Shown here piece by piece: positions 52,290 to 64,000 of a stretch of 64,000 nt of DNA (its first letter is position 1; each line of letters starts with the position of its first letter). Origin of the DNA: Neocallimastix sp. 'constans' (lineage: Eukaryota); the NCBI GenBank assembly GCA_050613775.1, contig JBODTK010000120.1:434001-498000 (forward strand), given 5' to 3'. The translations under genes and the position numbers were made by a program. Under the pieces are notes generated by a model. The model was not told the origin of the DNA. It worked only from the letters and a program-made list of their open reading frames with translations, and searched no databases.

Positions 52290-54500
52290 TTTCCCCTCAG
52301 ATCAGAATGTTTGCTTGTTAAAGATTTGGTCTGTAAACTTTGTCATTTTTGGTCCATTAAATTCTTTTGTTAATGGATCTGCTAACAATTTTTTCGGTAT
52401 TGATATAATTTAAATTTATTCTGTTATTTTTAATATTGTCTTTATTGAAGTAAAATTTTATTTCTATGTGTTTTTAATTTATTGTTGAGTTCACCGTTTT
52501 CTACAGTTGTTTTACTTGCTAAGTTGTCAGTAAATATTTATATTAGTTTTTTAATATTGAATAACTCATATAATATATTTCTAATCCATAAAACCTTTTT
52601 AGTACATTCAGCGGTAGCAATATATTCAGCCTCAGTGGTAGATGTCTCAACTATTGTTTTTTTTTTTTTTTTTTAGATTGCCAACATATTGGATCATTGT
52701 TCATTAATATTTTATAGCTTGAGGTAGATTTCCTATCTTTTGGGTCTCCAGCAAAATCTGCATGAGTGCAGGCAATAATATTTCCTTGTCCTTATTATTT
52801 AATTTTATAATGTTTAGTATAGTTTAAGTATTTTAATAGGATTAATTACTATTTTCCAGTTAGCTCTAGTTAGATTCTCAGAATTTCTAGCAACTTTTCC
52901 AACGGCAAAGGTAATATCAAGACGTATACATCTTAAGAGATAGATCAAAGATAAGATCCAACGGCGCATTTAAATATTGTTTTATCAAATTTAATATCAT
53001 TTTTCATTGATTTTGTTACTGTTAAGTAAGGTGTTTTTGCTTTTCTAATATTGTCTATGTTAAATTTTTTTGTAGTAAATCCTTTATAAGCTGAGTTTGA
53101 GAAATTAAATAATTTGAATATTCCTTTTCAATATTAATTCCTAAAATGTAATCTGCTTCACTTAATTTTGAAACTTTAAAATTTTTCTTAATCTTTTTAA
53201 TAGTTTTGTTTATATGATATTTAATTCCTGTTATTAATATATCATCCACGTAAATATCTGTAATACACACAGCTTTTCCTTCCTCCTTTTTTTTTTTTTT
53301 TTTTACAAAAATACATGGTTCAGATGTTAGTTGAATGTAACCATTATTTTTGAGAAGGTTTGTAAAGTGGATGTTCCATTGATGACCTGATTGTTTCAAG
53401 CCATATAAAGCTTTTCTTAGAAGCCAGTATCCTTTTACCAAAGTTTACATCACCAGGTGGGATGGTGACATATATGTCTTTGTCTAATGGAGCGTTAAAA
53501 TAAACGGCTTTAATGTCAAGCTGCATTAAGTCTCAGTTGAAATTTTGATGACAGAGCAATAATTAATTTTTTAAACTGTCGGATACTAAGAGTAGGTGAG
53601 TATGTTATAAGTCATAGTCTATACCCTTTTTTTCTGTGTGAAACCACGAGCAACGAGACGAGCCTTGTGTTTTAAAAATATTACCATTTCCATCCTTCTT
53701 GAGAGTATAAACTAAACTCCACTTTGGTAGTTGTTGATTTAATACTATTAGGAAGCTTTTTAGCAAAGGTCATAGTTTTGTTATCATAGAAAATTTTGTA
53801 ATTCGGAATTCATTGCTTCTATTCATTGATCTTTATCAGATCGAGAAATGGCTTGCCTATAAGTAAAAGGTGTTTCAGTTAAACAGCCTTTAGAAGGTTC
53901 AACGTTGTCAAAAGAAATCTTGTATTTTTTTTGTTGTTATCAGGAAAATAAAGAATTTCTGGGTCTTTTACACGATTCATTCATGGATGGTTTTAATTTT
54001 TTTACTATCTGGAAGTTTAGGATGAATCAGCTTGTGTTTAAAAGGAATAGTGTTTATTGTTTTATTGCTTGAGTTAATCTTCTTTTTTGGCTTGCTGATT
54101 AATGATATTGAATAGAATTATCTCCATTTGAAATTTTAACTAAATCTAATACTTTTGGCGTAAACTTACTAACAATTATTGAACTTTGAGTTCTAACTTC
54201 TGAAGGCAGATAGTAATAAAATTTTGTCCATATTAATGCAACGTGAGTCCAAAAATTTGAATCAGGAAAAAATATTGCATAATAATCTAATCAGTGTTTT
54301 TATATGTAAAGGTAATCTCGGTTGATGATAATTAAGAACATTTGTTATTCCTTGTAATCCTGAATTACTTTTAATATAATCAACCATTTGAATCAAATAT
54401 TTTCTATCGGTTCCTTCAGCATCTTGAAGTCCTGGTATATTAATTACAAATATTTTATTATCATTACGGGATTCTCCTTTTGTAAATTTTGTTTCTGCGT
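52290..54500 (-). mobile_element. Degenerate copia element (RT/RNase H remnants)
   Basis: Frameshifted motifs KARLVARGF, QLDIKAVYFNA, LRKALYGLKQSG, IYVDDILI, STTEAEY and LADPLTK. A PPT-like GAGGGGAA lies at 52291-52298, and an AT-rich probable LTR relic lies to its left with uncertain limits. Confidence 0.88.
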
Positions 54501-54854
54501 TAGGATCGGGTATGTATTAATATTACTTAATTTATTATTAATATTATTTATTTTTCTGATTTTTTTTTTTTTTTATCACTAATATTATACTAAATCAATT
54601 ATTATTACCTTTTATGTTATTTATTACTTAGGAAACCTCTGCATTCTTTTTATCAACATTGTCTCATGCTCTGAACTGCTTTTCAGCTGTTTTGAGAACG
54701 AGGGTTGAGTTATTATAGTAACGGTCTTAGATCAGAGTTGTAAAAATCATTCTTGTTTCTATTGGTTTATTTGACGAGTTTCCTTCAAGGATTCGGGATT
54801 TTTTTTTTTTTTTGTCATTTATTATTTATTATATTGATTATTATTGTCAATCGT

Positions 54855-55235
54855 TATTATTATTATTATTATTATTTTTATATATTATTTATTATTTAAT
54901 ATTTTAATATTACCTATATATTATTTTTTACTTATTATTATTATTATTTTTATATATTATTTATTATTTAATATTTTAATATTACCTATATATTATTTTT
55001 TACTTATTATTATTATTATTATTTTTATATATTATTTATTATTTAATATTTTAATATTACCTATATATTATTTTTTACTTATTATTATTATTATTATTTT
55101 TATATATTATTTATTATTTAATATTTTAATATTACCTATATATTATTTTTTACTTATTATTATTATTATTATTTTTATATATTATTTATTATTTAATATT
55201 TTAATATTACCTATATATTATTTTTTACTTATTAT
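54855..55235. repeat. Tandem repeat of about 57-60 bp, about 6 copies (core attttaatattacctatatattattttttact)
   Basis: Direct reading; explains the repetitive ORF 54844-55281. Confidence 0.93.
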
Positions 55236-55667
55236 TAATATTATATATCTAATCAAATTATTATTCTTTATTATTTATTAATTATTTTTTTTTTCTTTTC
55301 CTAAATTTGTTACATTTTTTAATAAATTGATTCATATAATCTGTTGTACAAAGTCAACAATTTTTGGTATATTCATTAGAATCTCAATCCTATTTTTAAT
55401 GATTAATTTGTTTTTATACTCTAAGTGATTTATCTATTGAAGACAATAAAAATTTTTACGGGACATTCTTATTCTAAACATTGCTTTTTCTGATTTTCTG
55501 TTGACGATGTTAATCGATTGATCCGTAACAATGGAATTTGTTAGTGTTTGATGAGCTTTTCAAACGATTCAATCTGATGCTGAAAGCTACTTCCTTTCCC
55601 AAATTTCTCACTAAAAGAATATCAAATAGTCATTGGGATCACAAAAAAAAAATTTTTTTTTTTTTTT

Positions 55668-55840
55668 TCCTTAAGTTCAAGACATTTATATTATATATCT
55701 TATCTCACCTAATAAAATTTTTTTTTCTTAAATTCAAGACATTTATATTATATATCTTATCTCACCTAATAAATTTTTTTTTTTCTTAAATTCAAGACAT
55801 TTATATTTTATATCTTATCCAACCTAATAAATTTTTTTTT
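55668..55840. repeat. Tandem repeat of about 57 bp, 3 copies (ttcaagacatttatattatatatcttatctcacctaataaa)
   Basis: Direct reading. Confidence 0.9.
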
Positions 55841-56637
55841 TTTTATTTTGGTAAGAAAAATGATTCATTGGAGGTGGTAGTTTTGGTTTATAATAATAAA
55901 CCAATATAACAATATAATAAAAACATAAAGCAAAAATTAAACAAAAAAATACAATAACAATCGTCGTTATACACACTGCCCGGAGATGCATTCCTAACGT
56001 TCCTACATATATCTCTATTGACCACGAACATCAGAACGGAATCATTAACCCCTCCCTAGTGGGTGAAATCATTGGCGATTGGAAATTTTACAATCATCAA
56101 GGTCTATGCTTCAACTCAAAGTGTAGTATCAGGGTTGGGTGAATTAAGAGGGAAATCTTATGAACATCACGTGTGGTCTCATGATATCCCAGGTGATATG
56201 CGGGACTTTAATGTGCAATAATTTATAAGCAGTTTAATGTGCAATAATTTATAAGCAGTGGGTTTTAAATAATTGTAGTTTAGTAAATTTTATTAATAAA
56301 ATTATAATATTCGTACAATTAAAATAATAATTCTAATTCCTAAAATTTTACAAGAGAGTTCCCTATTTCAAATATAAATAATTTAATCTATTTATAAGAA
56401 ATAGGTAATATATTAATTATATATTCTAATATATAGAACTATATAAATTTTATATGAAATAAAGTATTATAATTATTATAATTATAATAATACATATTGA
56501 AATAAAATAAAATAAAATAAAATAATTATTATCAAAAAGATATAAATTTAATATTTAATAATTATTATTAAATATACAAATATGTTACTACACATATTTG
56601 TTTTATATCACAGGATAGAAACCTCATCCAGATTATT

Positions 56638-56665
56638 TGGTGCCATGCCGAGGATTCGAACCCCG
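56638..56665 (-). other. 3' tRNA fragment with encoded CCA (T-arm plus acceptor 3' strand); PBS-like on the + strand
   Basis: On -: CGGGG TTCGAAT CCTCG GCATGGC A CCA, with a paired T-stem and a canonical T-loop. No 5' half is present. Confidence 0.7.
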
Positions 56666-56788
56666 CCCCTCTACAGTAACCTATACATATAGGTAACGTT
56701 TAAAAAAAAAATTTTTTTTTTTTACATAGAAAAAAGTAATAATAAAAAGGAAAAAACATTTCCTTTAAATAATATAAATTAAAAAATT

Positions 56789-57279
56789 TTTTAAATCATT
56801 AAAAAATTAATTATAAATATGTTACACAACAAATTTATTGTATCCAAATGTAAAAAAAATTCAGTCAAATGTAAAAATTCATAATATTTCAGTAATAATA
56901 TATAATATGAAAAATATTTTAATTTTGTGTTTGAACGTATCCTGAAGTATAAAGATTAAATGTCACTAATAATGTTAGAGTATAAGAGAATAATGATTAT
57001 AAATAATATTCAATGACATTTTCTTAAATGTAGAAGATCTTTCTTAATTTAAAAAAAAAAAAAAATAAAAAGAAATAAATGAGCAAATAATAAAAATATA
57101 AATTTCATTAATATTCATTCTCTGTAGGATAGGTTTCAGTTCTAAATCATAATAATAAATTAAAAATAAAATAAAACATAATAAAAAAAAAAAAAAAAAA
57201 AAAAAAATGAAAATAAATAAAATATTAATATATGTAATATTTATTTTACTTTTTTTTTTTTAAAAAAAAAACTTTAAAT

Positions 57280-57314
<35 letters not shown>

Positions 57315-57576
57315 TTCTCTCTAAAGGTTTTTACGGAATTTAATACAGCTCAAAACAGAAGTGCAAAATTTTTATGATGTAATAACGTCTTACATTGTTT
57401 TATTTTTATTGTATTTTAGTATTTTATTTAATATTATTTTATTGATATTTTCTGATTTTTAATTTTTATTTTTATTTTTATTTTTATTTTTTTTCTATTC
57501 CTATTTCTATTTCTATTTTTATTTTACAAACATATATATATTACTTATTATTTATTATTATTATTAATATTATTAA

Positions 57577-57607
<31 letters not shown>

Positions 57608-57700
57608 ATTATTATTTTATTTTTTATCTTATTTTTTATTTTTATTATTTTTATTATTAAATTATTTTTTTATTTTTTATTTTTTAATTTTTTATTTTTT
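56789..57700. repeat. Duplicated segment (3' flank of the LRR gene), copy 1
   Basis: Near-identical to 62827-64000 at an offset of about 6037 bp at its left end. Confidence 0.93.
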
Positions 57701-57781
57701 AATATTTTAGTTCTTATTTTTTATTTATTATGTTATTAATCCCCTCTTAATGATTTTGTTCACTATTCATTTTCGCCACTA

Positions 57782-58964
57782 TCAGTGTGAATTTTTTTTT
57801 TTTAAAAGTTCACTACGATCTTCAATTTTAATAGTGAATTCATCTGTCTTAACATCATTTTCAATTATTTTTTTTTCCATTTTTTTTAATTTGACCATGA
57901 TAATACAGATAATAATAATGATTATCAAAGGTATTGCAATGCATAAAAATCTTTTTAAATTAAGATAACGATCAGGAAAATCATTTTTAATTTCAGTATC
58001 ATAAGGATAACTTTTGAATTCATTATTTTGTATATATCTAATAATAACAATAATAATATAAATTAATAATAATATAAAATAATAATTATATAAAATAATA
58101 ATAATAATAAATAATAATAATATAAATTAATAATAATATAAAATAATAATTATATAAAATAATAATAATAATAAATAATAATAATATAAATTAATAATAA
58201 TATAAAATAATAATAATATAAAATAATATTTATATAAAATAGTATTTATAATGTATTAATTATATTAATTAAATTTTTTATTTAAAAATAAAAAAAAAAA
58301 AAAAAAGAGAGAAAAAACTAGCTTTTATAAATATATATAATTTATTATCTATTATTTACTATATATGTATATATATATATATTGTATTTTTGAAGGTTAT
58401 ATATTTAAAATTTAAAACTATTATTTTCTTATATTTATTTAAATTTATTATTTTATATATATATAAAAAAAAAACTTACATTTCTTTTAAATTAGAATTT
58501 TTAGGAATAATTAGATCTCCTCTTAATTTATTATTAGCAACATTCCTAATAATTAAATAAATTCATTTTGTAAAATTAATATATATTTATATATATATAT
58601 ATATATATAATTATTATTTTTGTTTTTATTATTAATTTTAAATATAATTTTAATTTTAATTTTTATTTTTATTTTTATTTTAACTATTATTTATTATTAT
58701 AAATACTATTTATTATTTATTATTTATCATATATCATTTATCATTATTATTCTTTTTGAAACTCATATTGATAATATTTTAAAATATAAATATAATTTTC
58801 TTATTTATTTAAATTCATTATCTATTAAAACTCACAATATTTCTAGAAACCGATTTTCCGGAATAATTAACTCCCCATCAAATTTATTATTATTAGCAAT
58901 CCTATTAATTATTTATAATTATATTAAAAATAAATAAAAATAAATATTTAGAGAAAGACTATTT

Positions 58965-59008
<44 letters not shown>

Positions 59009-59426
59009 TTTTTATTTTTTATTTTTGTAAAATTCATTAATTATTAAAACTTACATTTTTTCTATTTTAGAACTCTCTGGAATTTTTAAATCTCCATAAA
59101 ATAAATTATTACTAATATCTCTATTTATTATTGCAATTATTATTATTATTTTTAAAAATAAAATAAATTAAATATATTTTTGAAATATAAAGTTTATTAT
59201 TATTATTAAAATAATTTTTTATTTTTTTTTTTTTTTATCAAATTCATTATTAATTCATAATTTTATTACTAATAAACATTTAAAATGAAATTATTTAAAT
59301 AGATTTAAAAAATTTACATTGTTTTAAGATTAGAATTTGGTGGAATAATTAACTCTCCTTTTAATTCATTGTTACTAATATTTCTAATTAAATATATAAT
59401 TTATATAAAAAATATTTATAATTCAT

Positions 59427-59475
<49 letters not shown>

Positions 59476-59999
59476 AATTAAATATTAAGTTATAATAAAT
59501 AGATACAACTTTAAAAATAATTCAAAAATAAAAGTTATTGTTATTTTAATTTATTTAAATCAATATATTGTAAACTTACAATTCTTCTAGAATAGTTTTT
59601 TCTTCTATATTTAGCTTTCCATTAAAGTGATTATTACTAGCATCTCTAATAATTAAATATTTTTTTATATAAATACAAAATTTAATATTATAATTAAATA
59701 AAATTTAATATTATTATTATTATTATTATTATTTAATTATTTTAAATGTATATATACAAAAATTAACATATTATTTATTCTTATATTATCATAAAAATAT
59801 TTATAATCTGTGCTATATATAATTATATACATTATAAATAAAAGTTATTATTTTTTTCTCATTTTTTCTTTAAATCCTTTTATCACTTACAGTTTCACTA
59901 AAGTAGAATTTGGTGGAATAATTAATTCTCCTTTTAATTCATTGCTACTAATGTTTCTAATTAAATATATAATTTATATATAAAATATTTATAATTCAT

Positions 60000-60046
<47 letters not shown>

Positions 60047-60824
60047 AATTAAATATTAAGTTATAATAAATAGATACAACTTTAAAAATAATTCAAAAAT
60101 AAAAGTTATTGTTATTTTAATTTATTTAAATCAATATATTGTAAACTTACAATTCTTCTAGAATAGTTTTTTCTTCTATATTTAGCTTTCCATTAAAGTG
60201 ATTATTACTAGCATCTCTAATAATTAAATATTTTTTTATATAAATACAAAATTTAATATTATAATTAAATAAAATTTAATATTATTATTATTATTATTAT
60301 TATTTAATTATTTTAAATGTATATATACAAAAATTAACATATTATTTATTCTTATATTATCATAAAAATATTTATAATCTGTGTTATATATAATTATATA
60401 CATTATAAATAAAAGTTATTATTTTTTTCTCATTTTTTCTTTAAATCCTTTTATCACTTACAGTTTCACTAAAGTAGAATTTGGTGGAATAATTAATTCT
60501 CCTTTTAATTCATTGCTACTAATGTTTCTAATTAAATATATAATTTATATATAAAATATTTATAATTCATAAAAAAAAAATATATATATATATATATATA
60601 CATAAATTAAATATTAAGTTTTAATAAATAGATACAATTTTTAAAAATAATTCAAAAATAAAAGTTATTGCTATTTTAATTTATTTAAATTAACATGTTA
60701 TAAACTTACAATTCTTCTAGTTTAGTATTTTCTCCTATATTCAGGTTTCCATTAAAGCGATTATTACTAGCATCTCTAATTATTAAATATTTTGCATATA
60801 TACATATAAAATTTATTATTAATA

Positions 60825-60859
<35 letters not shown>

Positions 60860-60868
60860 TAATTATTT

Positions 60869-60905
<37 letters not shown>

Positions 60906-62519
60906 TAATATATTCATTAAAATGTTTATGATATATGTTATATATATTTATATATTTTATAAATAAAAATTAATTTTTTTTTCTCTCATTTTTTTAAGTC
61001 TTTTCATCAAAAAACTTACAGTTTCACTAAAGTGGAATTTTTTGGAATAATTAAATCTCCTGTTAATTCATTGTTACTAATATTTCTAATTAAGTATATT
61101 AATTTATATAAACATATTAGTACACCAAAAAATTAAAAAAAAAAAAAATAATAATAAATAAACAAACAATTATTAAAGGAAAGAAAATAAATAAATAAAT
61201 ATATTTTATTAATTATTTATTTATTTATTTATTAATTTATTTTATTAAATATCAATTTTTAATAATATATAATTGTAATATTATAAAGTTAAATATGATT
61301 TAAAAATAAAACTATTTTAATAATTTAATTTGTTACTATATATAAACTTACAAAATTTTGAGTTTAGATTCCCCATTACTAAAAAACATTTCTATTTCAG
61401 AATTATCTGGAATAACAAACTTTCCATTAAAGTAATTTTTACTAGCATCTCTATTAAGTAAAATATTGTTTTATGAATTCAATATTTATTATTATTGTTA
61501 ATATTATTATAACGATTTTATTTTTTTTTTTTATTTCAAAAAAAATATATATACATATTTATACTTATATTTATAACTTCCTATATTTTTATTTAATATT
61601 TTTTATTAATTTATAAATATAAATATTCTATTTAAAATCATTTAAATAAAATTATAATAAAATCTTACAATTCCACTAAAGTTGTATTATGTGGAATAAT
61701 TAAATTTCCTGTTAATTCATTTCCACTAATATCTCTAATAAATAAAAATAAAAATAAATATATATATATATATATATAAATTGAAAAAAATGAAATATTA
61801 ATTTGTAATAAGAATATTATATATTTATATAAAAGTAAAGAAACTGATTTAAAATAAAAATTATTATATGTATTATTTTATCTTCAATTACAGCTTTTCA
61901 AGACTAGGAAATTGATTTAGAAATGATTCTAAAGAAAATTTATTTATCATTTCTGTTTTTATATTGTTTCTTAAATTTCTAAATAAATAAATAAATAAAT
62001 ATTTTTATAATTTTAATTTTTTGTTAATATTAGTATTAACTTTCAAAAAATGTAAATACAAAAAAAAAAAAAAAATAATAATAATAATAATACATTATTG
62101 AAAAAATAAACTGTTTAATGCTTTATTTAAAGTATCTTTATTAAAAAAATTTAATAGTGAGTATTCATTAAAATTATGATAATTATTAAATTTATTATCT
62201 ATTATATATAACTATTTAATTAATTTTATTTATTATTTATTATTTATTATTTATTATTTATTATTATTAATTAATAACTTTTAATAATTATTTTATTATT
62301 TTTTAATAATTTATTATTATTTCTTTAGCTTAATTTATATACTTACATTGATACAATATGGCTTTCACTTTCATCGCATTCAACATAACTTGACTTACAA
62401 CATTGATATTCATGAATATAACTCTTGTAACTATTTAAAATTTCACATTCCTGAATTAGTTCTGAACAAAATATTAATGAAATATTAACAGAAAATAAGA
62501 ATAATTTATAAATATTCAT
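57782..62519 (-). CDS. LRR receptor-like membrane protein, 15 exons, about 446 aa: signal peptide, Cys N-cap, about 13 LRRs, one TM helix, short cytoplasmic tail
   Basis: Exons 62519-62347, 61978-61892, 61734-61669, 61450-61352, 61085-61020, 60775-60710, 60527-60462, 60216-60151, 59956-59891, 59645-59580, 59383-59318, 59120-59055, 58901-58836, 58545-58480 and 58037-57782. All introns are GT..AG and phase 2, and the exons total 1341 nt in an open frame. Example repeats: LDISGNELTGNLIIPHNTTLVE and LDASNNHFNGKLNIEEKTILEE. TM segment FLCIAIPLIIIIIICIIMV. Confidence 0.9.
59384..61085. repeat. Tandem cassette of about 560-573 bp (two LRR exons plus two introns), 3 copies
   Basis: Exons 60462-60527 and 59891-59956 are identical, as are 60151-60216 and 59580-59645 (offset 571). 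Their introns are nearly identical. The third copy (60528-61085) is more diverged. Confidence 0.92.
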
Positions 62520-62826
62520 TTTTTTTTTTTTTTTTTTTGAAATTTATTTTTAATAAACACTACTAAATTAAAAGATTTTTAAAATTTTATTTTATTTTAT
62601 TTTATTTTTTTTTTATTTTATTTTATTTATAAATATATATAATAGACGTTCAAATTTTTTTTTTTTACAAAGAAAAAATGCAATAAATAAAAAAATCACT
62701 TCTTTATATAATAATAATTAAAAATAAACTATTTCCTAATTAAAATAAAAAAAAAATATATATTATATTAAAAGAATATTTAATTTAAATTTAAAACTGT
62801 CCAAAATTATAATTAATATAAAAATG

Positions 62827-63077
62827 TTTAAATCATTAAAAAATTAATTATAAATATGTTACACAACAAATTTATTGTATCCAAATGTAAAAAATTCAGT
62901 CAAATGTAAAAATTCATAATATTTCAGTAATAATATATAATATGAAAAATATTTTAATTTTGTGTTTGAACGTATCCTGAAGTATAAAGATTAAATGTCA
63001 CTAATAATGTTAGAGTATAAGAGAATAATGATTATAAATAATATTCAATGACATTTTCTTAAATGTAGAAGATCTTT

Positions 63078-63111
<34 letters not shown>

Positions 63112-64000
63112 TAAAAAGAAATAAATGAGCAAATAATAAAAATATAAATTTCATTAATATTCATTCTCTGTAGGATAGGTTTCAGTTCTAAATCATAATA
63201 ATAAATTAAAAATAAAATAAAACATAATAAAATAAAAAAAAAAACAAATGAAAATAAATAAAATATTAATATATGTAATATTTATTTTATTTTTTTTTTA
63301 AAAAAAAAAAGCTTTAAATTAAATATATATATATATATATATTATTATTATCTCTCTAAAGGTTTTAAGGAATTTAATACAACTCTAAACAGAAGTGCAA
63401 AATTTTTATGATGTAATAAATTTTTTTTTTATATCAATGATTAATATTACTAATACTTTTTTTTTTTTATTTTATTATTAACATTGTTTTTTCAAATCTT
63501 TATTGAAATAAATATATAATAAATAAAAATATAAATATAAAAAACAATTTTTATTTTATTAAATTTTGTATTTTAAATTATATTTTTATTAGATTTAATA
63601 TTTATTATTAATATTTTTTTATTATAATTTTGTTTTATTTTATAATGTTTTACATTGTTTTATTGTTATTGTATTTTAGTATTCTATTTAATATTATTTT
63701 ATTGATATTTTCTGATTTTTAATTTTTATTTTTATTTTTATTTTTATTTTTTTTTTTTATTTCTATTTCTATTTTTATTTTACAAACATATATATATATA
63801 TATATAAACATATATATATATATATATATTACTTATTATTTATTATTATTACTTATTATTTATTATTATTATTTATTATTATTAATATCATTAATATCAT
63901 TAATATTATTATAATTATTATTATTATAATTATTATTTTATTTTTTATTTTTATTATTTTTATTACTAAATTATTTTTTTAATTTTTTATTTTTTAATTT
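62827..64000. repeat. Duplicated segment, copy 2 (runs off the window end)
   Basis: Matches 56789-57700, with about 220 extra bp at about 63420-63640. Confidence 0.9.

Noticed and set aside
54855..55840. Regularly spaced repeats of about 60 bp (also 41320-41610) as possible CRISPR arrays
   Set aside because: The units are contiguous tandem copies without unique spacers, there are no cas genes, and the context is eukaryotic.
56590..56710. Complete tRNA gene
   Set aside because: Only the T-arm and acceptor 3' strand are present; there is no D-arm, anticodon arm or 5' acceptor strand.

Overview
Extremely AT-rich, intron-containing eukaryotic DNA. The gene content (a solute-binding-protein/GPCR fusion, a CBM18 relic, an intronless bacterial-type gene) suggests an anaerobic gut fungus (Neocallimastigomycota); this is an inference. 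Hand splicing recovers three multi-exon genes that the ORF track misses or truncates: a 5-exon SBP-GPCR (2191-5435, +), a 4-exon low-complexity protein ending in a calponin-homology-like domain (10833-14948, -), and a 15-exon LRR receptor-like gene (57782-62519, -). In the LRR gene, 11 internal exons are exactly 66 nt, each encodes one 22-aa LRR, all introns are phase 2, and a two-exon cassette has recently been tandemly amplified. Its flank recurs about 6.04 kb away, suggesting a tandem gene array. The window also holds an intact copia LTR retrotransposon (identical 281-bp LTRs, ATAGT target-site duplication, half-tRNA-Lys(CUU)-type primer site, GGG-AGG-C candidate +1 frameshift) inserted in a tandem duplication of ankyrin genes. 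Other features are an RT-less LINE flanked by a 142-bp direct repeat, a bacterial-type ttcA, a CCA-ending tRNA 3' fragment, degenerate LINE/copia/gypsy relics and many simple repeats. Most short ORFs in the track are low-complexity artefacts.
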